Below are positions 25,701 to 39,800 of a DNA stretch of 64,000 nt, piece after piece; within the stretch, counting starts at the first letter, position 1, and every line of letters begins with the position of its first letter. The stretch is from contig NC_043007.1 in the NCBI RefSeq assembly GCF_006345805.1, positions 17,732,001-17,796,000 of the forward strand, in the 5' to 3' direction. Source of the stretch: Octopus sinensis (taxonomy: Eukaryota). The notes under the pieces were generated by a model. It did no database searches and was not told where the DNA came from. It saw only the letters and a program-made list of their open reading frames with translations. Made by a program: the position numbers and the translations under genes.

Positions 25701-28700
25701 CTCAAAATAAATACGGTAATGAAAGGGTTAAATATTATATTCTGTGTTACCACTTTTAATAATTAGATAATTTTAGAAGTTTTAAATGAATTAAATGATT
25801 AGATCAAATAATTCTTAAATGCCCCTCCTGTCATTGTTTTTTGCTAAATATCATGGTGAATGACAATGTCTTTGAAGATTTGCAGTAGGTTAACATCTAT
25901 AATCGCGAACCTTCTATGCTTCATGTATTTTTTTTGTCACTTAATCATTAATATTGTAACGGGAGGAAATGATTAAGTTAGGTAATATATATAGGTATAA
26001 GTATGGCTGCATGGTTAAGAAGTTCGTTTGTCAGCCATGTGATTTCAGGTTCCGCCCACTGTGCTGCACCTTTGGCAATTAGCTATTACTGTAGCCATGA
26101 ACTGGCTAATGTCCTGTGAATGAATTTGGTAGACGGAAACTGTACAAAACTATAGCTTGTATGTACACACGCACATACATGGGTGTGAGTATTGACAATT
26201 TGCCCTTCCCAGAATATAAACATTCAGAAATGCTGAGTTACAAATAGTGCAGTTTGGCAATTCCCTGTCAATAAATTGTCTTGTTGCTCCACTGTAAAAC
26301 AACACCTCAGTATTATGTATTTGTCTAACCTATGCTAACATAGAAAACCATATGTAAAACAGACAGAACTGGACATTTGTTGGTTGTTAGTAGACCTTAA
26401 ACCGAAAACAAAAATACATGTAGTTTGAAAACACAGCATAAGGCCAAATAAAGATTGGAAGGGATGAAATTAAGAAGGTAGAACAATATGTCTCCTTAGA
26501 GGACACACTGAGTATGTGCTGAGACATAGATTTTGAAATCTAAAAGAGAATAAGGACAGGATGGGTGGTGTTTATGAGAAGCACCTTGCTCAAGCTTTCT
26601 CTGTTTCTAAAGGAAGGCATACTGTGAATGGCTCTGTTGTGGAATGATTCCGACCACCCACCATGTGGCTAAAGGTAGATTGACTCATTGTTATAAATCA
26701 AAGAACTGTGGTAGTTTGGGATGGTAAGCAGTTCACTGTGAGCTGTTGATATAGAGCGTTGACTCTCGTGTAATAGCAATAGTAGTGCATCATGTATAGA
26801 GTTTCTTTTCTCCCTGCTTCGTTAAATTACATATCCAATACAAGAATATAAAAAGCTCCTTCATGATCCTTCTCACAGTGCGACATAGCTGATTGATAAT
26901 CGATCTATTTTACTGAAACTGTGGATGGTTATATTTTAATTATAGATATCCTGTGCCTTACAATGTTGTCTAGTAAATATTTCTCATATAATTGTTTTCT
27001 ATTTCAGATAACCTGTGTCTATAGTGACCACAGTCTGTATATCTGGGATGTTCATGACATATACAAAGTTGGTAAAATATGGTCTACATTATACCACTCG
27101 GGGTGTATTTGGGATCTAGAGGTAAGAACATTTCTATTTACTATAAACTCAATGCGTCTCCTCTATATTAAGACACCTGTGCTTTTCTTTCTATCATACT
27201 TCGGCTTCTCAGCATCTGGCGTGAAGCTATCTCCTTTTTCCTAATGTTTCCCCACTACCTAGTCATGGGGTCATTCTTTACTTCTCTGGGGTTTTTTTAT
27301 GTCTTGTAACTTACTTGGTAACCTCACTAATGCCAGCAGCATGAGTAAAAAGCACCCAGTACTTTTGATTGACATTAGGAAGAGCATCCAGCTATAGAAA
27401 ACATACCAAAGCCAACACCAGATTCTGTCAAAGCATTCCATTCATGCCAGAATGGAAAATGGATATTAAATAATGATGATGATTATTATGATGATGACAG
27501 TAGGTGCAGGCATGGTCGTGGGGTTAAGAAGCTCACTTCCCAACCCCTAGGTCTCTAGTTCTGTCCCACTATGCAACATCTCAGGCAAGTGTCTTCTACT
27601 ATAGCCATGAGCTAACCAAAGACTTGTGAGTGGATTTGGTTGACAGAAACTGAAAGAAGCCTGTTGTGTATTTTTACAAGTGTGTGTTTACAAAGGAATA
27701 TTGTGGCTGAAAGTATAGAACAGAACAGGTGTATGTATACCCACGCACACATGCATAAATATTGTTTTGTTTATGAAGGAATGGTATTTAGTTGAAAGCT
27801 TGAAATATTGAATGATAATCTTGCAGATTTGACAATGAAGCTTTGATGTCATAATAAAATGGTGTGCCTTCTTTTAATCAAAAGCTACCAACTTAATAAA
27901 TCTGAATAAAATATTAGTGCAACATCATCATCATCATTTAACGTCCACTTTCCATGCTGGCATGGGTTGGACGATTTGACTGAGGGCTGGCGAACCAGAT
28001 GGTTGCACCAGGCTCCAATCTTGATCTGGCAGAGTTTCTACAGCTTGATGCCCTTCCTAACGCCAACCACTCCGAGAGTGTAGTGGGTACTTTTATGTGT
28101 CACCGGCACGGAGCCAGTCAATCGGCACTGGCAACGACCTCACTCATATCTTTTACATATGCCACTGGCACAGGTGCCAGTAAGGCGATGCTGGTAATGG
28201 TCACACTTGAATGGCGTCTTTTACGTGCCACCGGCACGAAGGCCAGATAGCCACTCTGGCAATGATCATGCTCGGATGGTGCTCTTAACACCCTACTAGC
28301 ACGGGGCTTGAGTGCCAGTAAGGCGACACTGGTAACGATTACACTGAAATGGTACCTTTTATGTGCCACTGGTACGGAAGCCAGTTAGCCGCTCTGTCAA
28401 CGATCACACTTGTATGGTGCTCTTTGCACCCCGCTAGCACAGACGCCAGTCATCAAATTTGATTTTGACTTCACTTGCCTCAAAACCCATGCTCCTCAAT
28501 TTACTGACATCATTTTCAGTTTTCCATTTGCAATTTAACTTTAGAAAAATTAATTTACTTTGAAAGAAAATATGTTTATATATTTATTGCAATGCTTTTT
28601 CTAACTTCAAATACATTTATTTGAGTAAGAGAAAGTTTTTTCATATTTTCTGAGGTATATTTTTTCTCAAACAAATTTTAATGTTTTACTTTTAAAATTT

Positions 28701-29457
28701 CAATGATATTTATTTTTCAAAGTTTATTGCCTTTGATCTCATCCATGGTATATTTTCGTCTGTTCAGATATATCCAGCAGCAGAGAAAAATAAAAACACT
28801 TCATGTCTTCCACCTGGTTCCTTTATTACTTGTTCTAATGATGATACAATACGGGTTTGGAACATCAGCCAGCATATTACGGAATTGGGGCCTTACAGAA
28901 GAAACATATACAGCCATGTAAATACCATCTATTCTTGTTTTTTTGTTTTAGTTTAATAAGATCCATGCACATTATTGTTTATAATTACATCTGTTCATTT
29001 CTATGTAGATGCAGCACTAGAGATGCACATCCATCCATACATACAAACATGGTACATAGTTGCATAACACACACACACATGCACACACAAGGAGACAGAG
29101 GTGCATACATATACAAACACACGCTCACTCACACAAACACATAAAAAATACACACGGACATGCTAGCACATGAATATACAGGATACATACATACATATGC
29201 ACACACACATATATATATACATACATACATATGTGCATGCATGCATAGGCACACACACACACTGACCCACACACATGCGCACAAACAAACAAAAGCGAAT
29301 GCAGTGTAAATAACGGACAGAGTCAAGACTATTGAAAAGGTTGCAAGACGCAATGAAAATTTTAGGAAAATAAAAATAAGATATAAGTGGAAATTTTACC
29401 GGTGAATGTGTTACATTATAAAGCACAAAAAGAAAATGACTCTTATCAGACACAACA

Positions 29458-29492
<35 letters not shown>

Positions 29493-30733
29493 CATCATAC
29501 GCTCAAATATAATTGTCTCTAATTCAGGTACAAGGCTAACGGGATGTTACTGAATTCCATTGACACTAGATCTTAAATAGGATTTTGTTTTAATGATCCT
29601 GGAAAGATGAAGGGAAAATTAACCTCACCAGGATTTGAACTCAGAACATAGACTTGGAACTCATACCTAACACATTTTTTTATGCTCTAACAATTCTACC
29701 AATTCTCTGTCATTAATAATCCTTTCTTCAGTGGGCTTGAAATTTTGGAGTAGGGGTCTGGTTGATTACATTGAACCCCAGTGCCCAACTGGTACCTATT
29801 TCAATGACCCTGAAAGGATGAAAGGCAAAGTTGACCTCAGCAGCATTTGGACTCAGAACGCAAAGCTGGGAGAAATACTACTAAGCATTTTGTTTGGCAT
29901 GCTAATGATTCTGCCATATCACTGCCTTAATAAAAATAACAACAACAATAATCCTTTCTATGATAGACACTAAGCCTGTAATTTTGTGGAAGGGGCTAAT
30001 TGATTATGTCAATCCCTGTATTTGATTATGGGGCTTTAATTAGCCAACAGTTTTTACAATTGAAGATTAAATTTTAAAAAGCTAACTTCTTTGGTTATTT
30101 ATATATTTTGGTATTTTCTTCACTATTACGTTACGTTGTGAGTTCAAATCCTTTGCCTTTCATCATTTCGGGGTCGATAAATTAAGTACCAGTTACACAC
30201 TGGGGTCGATGTAATCGACTTAATATCTATGTCTGTCCTTGTTTGTCCCCTCTATGTTTAGCCCCTTGTGGGCAATAAAGAAATAGGTATTTTCTTCGCT
30301 ATTTAGTTTTAAACTTAAGAAATTCTTTGTTTTAAAACTTTTTTTTTCTAAAAGTTATCAAGGAATTTTAAGTGTCAAATGTACAGAAATGTTATTTTTG
30401 TATTTCAGGAACTTTTGAAGACACATTACACAGATCCTTGTTATTCTTTTCTCTGTGATGGGGACGGCAATGCAGGTAAGTAACAGGATTATTTGGATTT
30501 TCCATCCTTCAGCTTCATCCAATCTCTCTTTCTCTTTTACTTGTTTCAGTCATTTTGACTGCGGCCATGCTGGAGCACCGCCTTTAGTCGACCAAATCGA
30601 CCCCGGGACTTATTCTTTGTAAGCCCAGTACTTATTCTATCGGTCTCTTTTGCTGAACCGCTAAGTGACGGGGACGTAAACACACCAGCATCGGTTGTCA
30701 AGCAATGCTAGGGGGACAAGCACAGACACACAA

Positions 30734-30817
<84 letters not shown>

Positions 30818-33800
30818 TATATACATATATACGACAGGCTTCTTTCAGTTTCCGTCTACCAAATCCACTCACAAGGCATTGGTCGGCCCGGGGCTATAGC
30901 AGAAGACACTTGCCCAAGATGCCACGCAGTGGGACTGAACCCGGAACCATGTGGTTGGTTAGCAAGCTACTTACCACACAGCCACTCCTGCGCCAATGGA
31001 ACAAATTTATATAAAAGTAACTGCAAACAGTACATATACTCATGTAGAGGTCGTTTTGAAGGTCCAAATTTTTAGATACAAGAAATGATTAACCGAGATA
31101 ATTTTATTGAGTTGAAATTTAGCACCAGACATGAAATATTTAACAGTTGGTACCAGGAAACAAAGCACAAAATATCCACCAATTCATCATTATTGCTTTA
31201 ACAACCGCTTTTCTATGCTTGTACAGGTCAGTTAGGGTTTATTGAGACAGATTTTCTACAGCCATATACCCTTCCTGTTGTCAACCTCTCCCACACACAC
31301 ATTTGTTTCCAAGCAAATTAACATTTCCCCTTGGCAAACATGTTTTTGCAGAATATTGGTAATGACATTCATTTACAACAATCACACTATGCCAAGGTAG
31401 AGAGAGAGAGAAAAAACACACACACACACATGGAAATTATAGTTGTGATACCCGTTCTGGTGGCACGTAAAAAGCACCATCTGAATGTGGCCGATGCCAG
31501 CGCCACCTGACTGGCATCCGTGTCGGCGACACGTAAAAAGCACCAACCGATCGTGGCTGTTTGCCAGCCTCCTCAGGCCCCTGTGCCGGTGGCACATAAA
31601 AAGCACCCACTACACTCGTGGAGTGGTTGGCGTTAGGAAGAGAATCCAGCTGTAGAAACAATGCCTGATCAGACTGGAGCCTGGCGCAGCCTCCTGGCTT
31701 CCCAGACTCCGGTCGAACCATCCAACCCATGCTAGCATGAAAAACGGACGTTAAATGATGATGATGATGACACACACACACACCTTCCAATTTCAGTCAA
31801 ATGGAAATGAGAGACCTAGAAAGATGTGGGATAAAATGGTAGGACAGATCTCAGGATATTGGGCTACACAGAGGAAATGACAATGGACTGAGATGTCTGG
31901 TGATATGAAGTTCTAGAGAAGACCCACCCATGTCAGCAAAACCGAATTCTAGAAGTACTGTGTGTCTCACCCACACTTAACAAGAAAGCTTCTCACACAA
32001 TCTACCACAACAAACCAAGCTACGTCTCTACATCTCTTCCTTACATTTCTGCTTCATGCATCATGCTTACTTTCCACTCCCCAATCCTGTCCTCTTGGCC
32101 CTGTGCCACTGTATCATTGCTCTCCGCTAGCCCCCGACCTGTGCATTCTACCCACATGACCTGTTTCACTGTATCATTGCTATCTGCTAGCCTCTGGCCT
32201 GTGTATTCCATCCACACGTAACAAGAAGACTTCACTCACCTTACCCAACAAACCAATCTACATCTCCACATCTCTTCTCTTCCTCACATTTCCTCCTTCA
32301 TACACTATGCCTAGTTCTCACTCTCCAATCCTGTCCTCATGGCCCTGTTCCTCTGTATCATTGCTCTTCAGTAGCCCCCTTGAATCTATATATATGCCCA
32401 GGTTTTTGCCCCTCCCCCACTCTTTAATCACACTTCCTTCACAATATCCTGCCACTTATATTATGGCGTTTGAACCTCAAGGGTATGCCCTGGCACTTGC
32501 CACCATCTATATCACTCTCTTCCTTTGCTCAACCATCCCATTTATATACTGATCCTTGTCCCTTGTGAGTATGTCTGGCATTTTACTACCATCTCTATCC
32601 TGCTGTCTCCCACTCTCTCTCTCCTTCTCCTGCATTTCCTTCAAGTTGGGTAACCATGTATCTCCTTTGCAGCAGCATGCCTGTTTCTGTCTTCATTTCT
32701 GCTCTCTCTCTCTCTCTCTCTCTCCCCCTCTGGCTGGGTAACCTTGTACTTCCTCTACTGCAAGACACCTGTTTCTATCTCTTTGCCTCACTATAACCTT
32801 TCATCATCCGACACAAGATCGCCTCCTCCAATGCTCCATCCGCTCTTGAAAGTTTGTCTTTTTTTGTCCTGCAAGTACTTGATGACCCTGTCAATGCAGG
32901 TGCCACTTAAGTGCCCAGTCCACTCTGCTGAGTGGTTGGTGTTAGGAAGGGCATCCAGCTGTAAAAATCCTGTCAAAACAGTCACAGAAGTCTGGTGCAG
33001 GCTTCTACCTGACAAGGTCTTGTGAAACTGCCCCATCAATGCTAGCATGGCAGGCTGGAAGGCAGATGTTGATTAATGATGGTGATGAATTCACTTGCAA
33101 GTTGGCCCAAGGTACTGTGCAGTGAGATTGAACCAGAAATCACATATTGCAAAGCCAACTTCTTAACCACATAGCCAAGCCTGCACCAGATAGAATGCAG
33201 ATATATAGGCACAGAGGAGTGAGTGATGATTACAATGATGGCTATTTAACTTCATTGGCCAACTCAGGGCTCTATGAAAATATGGGGCATTATTACTGCT
33301 GGTATAATTACTTGTTCTACTCCCCTAACATATAAGAAGTTGACCCATGTGCAAGACACATCATAAATTACTGAGATCTTGGCCCAAAATCAAGAGTTCA
33401 TTGTACATGAGATTGACTTTTACTTGAGTTTACAAAGTTGTAGCTTTCTTTGAATAATTGGTTTCTGTTTAACCTCTTTACCCATTGTCTAATTAACAGC
33501 AGTAATTATAGCCACTTCATTTTGATATACTACTTGCAGTTAAATTCTGCATATTTAAAATGTGAACAGCTTGTATTCTAGTAATTATAATCATTTATCT
33601 CGTTATGCCTATTTACTTGTGTTTTGTGGCTATTTACCTGTTTCTTTGACTATTTAGTTATTCACCAGGTTTTATGGATATTTATCTGTTTCTGTGACTA
33701 TTTAACTCGTTCTGTGATTATTTAACTCATTCTGTGATTGTTCAGCCCATTCTGTGGTTATTTAGCTCATTTTGTGGCTATTTAATTGCTTCTGTAACTA

Positions 33801-36800
33801 TTTAGTTGGTGTAGCTTGCCCTGTGGCTGTTTTATTGCTCCTATTAGCATCTACCTTGCTCTGTAACTATTGATATGACTTAAATGTGTCTGATTTCTCT
33901 TGAAAGAAATGCTTCAGAAACGTTTTTTTTTTCTTTTTTAAGGTGCAGGAGCTGAAAAGTCTGAGGAAAAGAGGGTAAAAATGGGATCCGGGCAATTAAA
34001 ATCAGCCCAGATGGTCAGTGTCTGGCTTCAGGTGATCGGATGGGAAATATTAGGTATAGTTGTTTTTTTTTCTTGTTTTTTTTTTTTTTTTTTTTTTTTT
34101 TTTGCATGGTTTCTACAACTGGATGCTTTATTTAGCAATCGCCACTTTACACAGTATACCGTGTGTGTGTATGCTCATGGACTTCCCCTTGTTTTGACAT
34201 CCACTTTTCTCTGCTTGCATGGGTCAGATAGAATTTGCTGGGGCAGAATTTCTATGGCTAGATGCCCTCCCAATTGTCTTACCTAATATTTTCTTGTGAA
34301 AACATATTTTTCATAGAACACTGGAAACTAACAACATTGCATATATGATGGTGATGTTTATTTATAATCATCACATAGTACCAAGGTAAGGGTACACAAA
34401 AACACATACACACATTCACATACGTATATATGTGTATTCATGATGGGCTTCTTCCAGCCTCCATTCAGCTGATCCCTTCACAAGGTTTTGTTTAACCTAG
34501 GTCTATAGTAGAAGACACTTGCCTAAGGTGGTATGTAGCAGGACTGAACCCATGGTTGGAAATAAGCTTCTTAACCACATAGCCATGCCTGTGTGTGTGT
34601 ATATATATATATATAATTGTAAGTGTGGTAGTGTCGTTCAGAAATTCTCTTTCCAACCATACAGTTTCGGGCTCAGTCTTACTGCATCACACTTAGGGGA
34701 AGAATTTTCTTCTATAGCTCTGGGCTGACAAAGCTTTATGGGTTGGTTTGGTTGGCCCAAAGAAGCTCATCGTGTGTGTGTGTGTGCACGTGTGTGTTTG
34801 TGTGTGTTTGCACTTCCAAAATTGCGAAGCTACAAGTAGTGGCAAATCAACCACTGGCTTGCACCTTTGCAGATTTGTAGACTATAAGATCCCCTAATTG
34901 GAAAATGGGTAAGGCTTAGCAACAGGAAAGGCATCTAACTGAAAAACAATGTCACAATAATTTTCTGTTTAAACTATGCTAGCATAGAGAAACAGATGTG
35001 TGAGGGGAAAAACCCCCAAAACTAAAGATGTATATATTTCTTTACTACCCACAAGGGGCTAAACACAGAGGGGACAAACAAGGACAGACAAAGGGATTAA
35101 GTCGATTACATCGACCCCAGTGCGTAACTGGTACTTAATTAATCTACCCCGAAAGGATGAAAGGCAAAGTTGACTTCGGCAGAATTTGAACTCAGAACGT
35201 ATCGACAGACGAAATATGGCTACGCATTTCGCCTGGCGTGCTAACGTTTCTGCCAGCTAGCCGCCTTTCCCAAAACTAAAGATATATAGACGCAAGTATG
35301 GTTGTATGGGTATGGGGTTTGATTCGTAACAATGTGGTTTCAAATTCTTTCCCACTGTATGACACTTTGGGCAAATTTCATCTGCTGACCCAAATACTTG
35401 GCTAAGTACATACAGAAAGACCTTCACAAATATGTAACTGCATCACATTTTCCAGATATTGCCAGTTAATAGTAGTCAGTTTTACAAAAATCTTGGTGTT
35501 AAAGGTCGGTGTAAGACTTTAAAAAATAAAAACAAAACACTTATCTAGGAAGACGACGGATGAGCAGAGTTACTTCCCTTGATATTCGGTTACTTCCCTT
35601 GCTTTTCTCTGGCGTCTGTTTCTCCATTCTAGCATAGATTACATAGATTGATCCCAATAAATTGTTCCTATTGTATATATCGGTTAAGTATTGCTTATAG
35701 ACTGAATTTCTTTCACAGGTTATAAATGAATTATTGTATTTGAAACATTTGAATTCCTGGCTGTGACCTTTTATTTCGTAATATAAGCTATGCCCTTTCT
35801 TCTTGAATTTTGCTGGAATTACATTTTCTTGTTCCCACTCCAAAGTAAAAAAAAGTATTTGTCATATACTGGGATAATTCAGTTGATTATATGAGTTACC
35901 TACAAAAATATTGTTTTGAGTAGAAATCATTATTATTATCCATAATCTGAATCATTATCATTAATATAATATGAATCATCATCATTTAACGTTCACTTTT
36001 CCATTCTTGCAAGGGTCAGATGCAATTTATTGAGGTAGAGTTTCTACGACCTGATGCCTTTACTGTCGCCAACCCTCACCTGTATCCAGGCACAGTACTA
36101 TTCCCCATAGCCTGACATTTTTTCCCATGGAAGACTGGAAATAACTCCACTTGTATGACAGTGGTACTCATTTACAACCATCACATGATGTTAGGATAAG
36201 GGTGCACACATGTATATACATGTGTGTGTGTGTGCATGTGTACATATATATATCTGCACACACGCACGACAGGCTTCTTTCAATTTCTGTTTACCAAATC
36301 CACTCTCAAGACTTAGAAAAAGCTAAGCATCCTCATGCAGGCATGGAAAAGCAGATGTATGTAAATTGATGATGATATAGTGTCTGTGTGTGTGTATGTG
36401 TCATTCATTTTTGTTATAGGTAAAATAATTTCTCCTGTTTTTGCACATTGTCTTTGAACAGTGGGAAATAAAGATCTTGTCATCATCATCATCACCACCA
36501 TAATAATGATAATAATAATAATAATGTTTGTATTTCAGGATCTATGACTTGACAGAGATGATAGAAACCAAAGCAATTGAAGCACATGATGCTGAAGTGT
36601 TATCTCTGGAATATTCTCCACTACACACAGGTAAGAATTTAATTTTTGATTGTGTGAATTCCTACCAATTCTTTGGTTGAGTGTCATTTTAATGGATAAT
36701 TAATGATCTATAAAACTCAATTTTAAATTTCATAAAGTTTAATGCATACTTCTATTTATCTATTGTCAATAAAGTATTAAGTAAATAATTTAACATCTGT

Positions 36801-39800
36801 GTTTGGTCATGAGTAAAGTGGATGTTATTTTGTGTGCTTGTTTGGAAGAGTTGTGTAGTGCCTGTGTGTGTGTGTTAATGTTGCTTATAACCCTTTCGTT
36901 ACTGTATTTATTTTGAGATAAGTCCCTAAAGGATGTGTTGACAAGTTGTCTTGTTAAAGGTAGACCGCAAAGAATATAGTTCCAATGTTGGTTGTCTCTG
37001 TAACTTTTGATAGGAAATGAAAAGTCTTCAGTTTATTGCATTTTTCTTTCCAGAACCTCGACTGTTAGCAACAGCAAGCAGGGATCGGTTAATCCATATC
37101 TTTGATGTTGAACAAGATTATGGACTGTTACAAACACTAGATGACCATTCCTCTTCCATCACAGCAGTCAAGTTCACCAAAAATGATGGTCAGTTTCGAA
37201 TGCTAAGTTGTAGTGCTGATAAATCTCTTTTGTTTCGAAATGCACAGTTGGTAAGTTTCTCTTGAAATTTCTACTTAATTACATTTAAATTCTTTTTTAA
37301 TTTTTCATTAGTTGCTTTTATAAGCTTAGAATCATATAAATCTAGCACAATGTCTTTGTAAGTTTTGGAACCTCACTTCAATATTTTCAAACCAATATTC
37401 CTCTTCATAGTGGTTCAGTTTCAAAACATTTGGTTCCTCAGAGTTTCATAACTGTTTTTCCCTGAAATCCAACATAAACACTTTAGAATTTCTAATTGTT
37501 TTGTCTCCTTGAGTATTGATTTCCTTTTCTGTTGTGTTCTCCAGCATCCAGAGTTTCAGTTTAATCTTCATCAGCATCTTGTGGGTAAGACAACTCTGTA
37601 TGATATGGATGTTGATGCCACAGAAAAGTTTGTAGCCACTGCTTGTCAAGACCGGAATGTAAGGTAAGCCCATACTGTAGCATTTTTGTTTTTGAATGAA
37701 AGGAGAAGGACCTGTACCACAACATCCTTACATATGTATCACCCCCTCCTTTGAGTCTCAAATTCAAGAATGAGTCTATTACAATCATATTCCATATCTT
37801 ACGTGATTTGGCTATATTTTATGAATATTAGACTGCCAACTATCACTCTTTCTCACCCTAGCATGCATTATATATTTAACACTGCATACCCCAGCTACAA
37901 ATCCTGCTACAATCAACTTGAGCTTTCATTTTTTGGGGGTCAATAAATAAAGCACAAGTCTGGGACTGCAATGGGTCCTTCTCTTTCTGTTTCTTTCTCT
38001 CTTGAAGGAATTAACTGTAGATAGACCGAAACAGAAATGTGCTCTGCTAAGTTTAAAACTACCTAAAATGCTTAGAATGTCATGATGGTGTTCCTACAAC
38101 ACCATCAAGAATTTGGGCCTGAAGGCAATACTAGCTTCTTCAACTTACTTTCACTGTGTCTATAAAAGTTAATTTTGTAGAGCTAACATATAATAGGAAA
38201 CTGTCTACCCTCTAATTACGACACCTCTACTCTTTTTACCTTAAATTTTCCTTTAAAACAAAAATGAGACTTTTTGAGCTACTAATCTCTAAGCAACTTT
38301 AGCCTATATAGTGAGGCAGTTTTAATGTGGTCATGGTGGAAATAGCAGCCAAATTTGCCTTAAATTTACCTCTTATTGTTTTAATAATTATATTTAAGGC
38401 TGTGTTGGATATTAGATACACAATGCCTAAAAATAAATTAATCATGATTGATTAATAAAATAAGTTAATCATGATTGGACTACTTTGGTTTGTAGGCCTA
38501 ATCAGTTTGGGCTGAGTTAGGACCAAACAGAAACTGTCTCCAGTGTAACAGAGATAACAGAAATACATATACAGATAATGTTAAACTGTTATATTAGCAA
38601 TGTAATGAGGTTTAGTTTGTTGCAATCCTAAATTGACTTGATAAACCCCTATTAGAATTGCAGGCATCATGGATAGACATGTCTCTTGTATGTCTATAAA
38701 AATTATATTTCTATACACAGGATTTGAACTGGTAAGCAAGAAGTGCTAGCATTTGGTTCTGTAAAATAGTCAATCCGATACTCCATAAGCTGAATATTGT
38801 TGCCAGTTGTTGAGAATCAATTTATCTAATGCTGTCGTTTTGACAAACTTCAACATTGTTAAATATGTTTGTTGTTTTCATCTGAATTTTTAGACATTTT
38901 GTACAATATTACTTTTTAGGTTTGTTCATCATCATCGCTTAACGTCCACTTTCCATTCTGGCATCTTCCATATACAAAAGCTAGTTTCCCTATTATTCCT
39001 CTGATATTGCTGCACCTTTTATGTGTCCAAAGCTTACACTGGGTGCTTCTTATGGAGCTTCTGCCTACACCTTTTCTACAGATTGAGCAGGACCATTTAC
39101 CTGAAAGGATTTGTGATTTGCCTGCCTTCCTACTGACTTAGACTTTGGTTTTTGCTAGGTTAACTCTAAGACTCTTTGATTCTTGACCTTGCTTCCATAC
39201 CTGGAACTTCTGTCTTTATTAAGCTGGTGTTTGCAACATAAACAAACATGAATTTTTAATGGAAGGTTTTAACTTTGATCACTTAAAAACAGAAAGCTTG
39301 TATCATAGAACCGTGGGTAGTTTGGGGCAGGTTGGAATCAAAAGGGTTTTACCCTTTCATTACTGTATTAATTTTGAGATGCTCTGTGCTTCTTTTAATT
39401 ACTTTAAATATAACAAAGAAGTTAGTAAAATAACTTAGTTATCATTAAGCTAGTGTTAGGAACATAAATTGTGACTTAGGTTTGGTGGAAGATTTTAGAT
39501 CAAAACTTTTGAAAACAAGACATTTGTACTTGGAGCCAAAGGCTGTTTCAGCTGGGTTGGTAACGAAAGGGTTAAGTATGGGGCATAGATGGTTGTTATA
39601 TGTTATTACCATAATATTTATTCTTTTCTTTTAATTTCATTTTCAGGATCTATAATATCAAATCAGCAAAGTTAAAGAAGATTTATAAAGGATCTGTCAG
39701 TGATGACGGAGTACTTATCAAATTGCAGTTGGATCCTTCCGGAACATACATAGCAACCAGTTGTTCAGATAAAAATTTATCTCTTTTTGACTTCTACACT

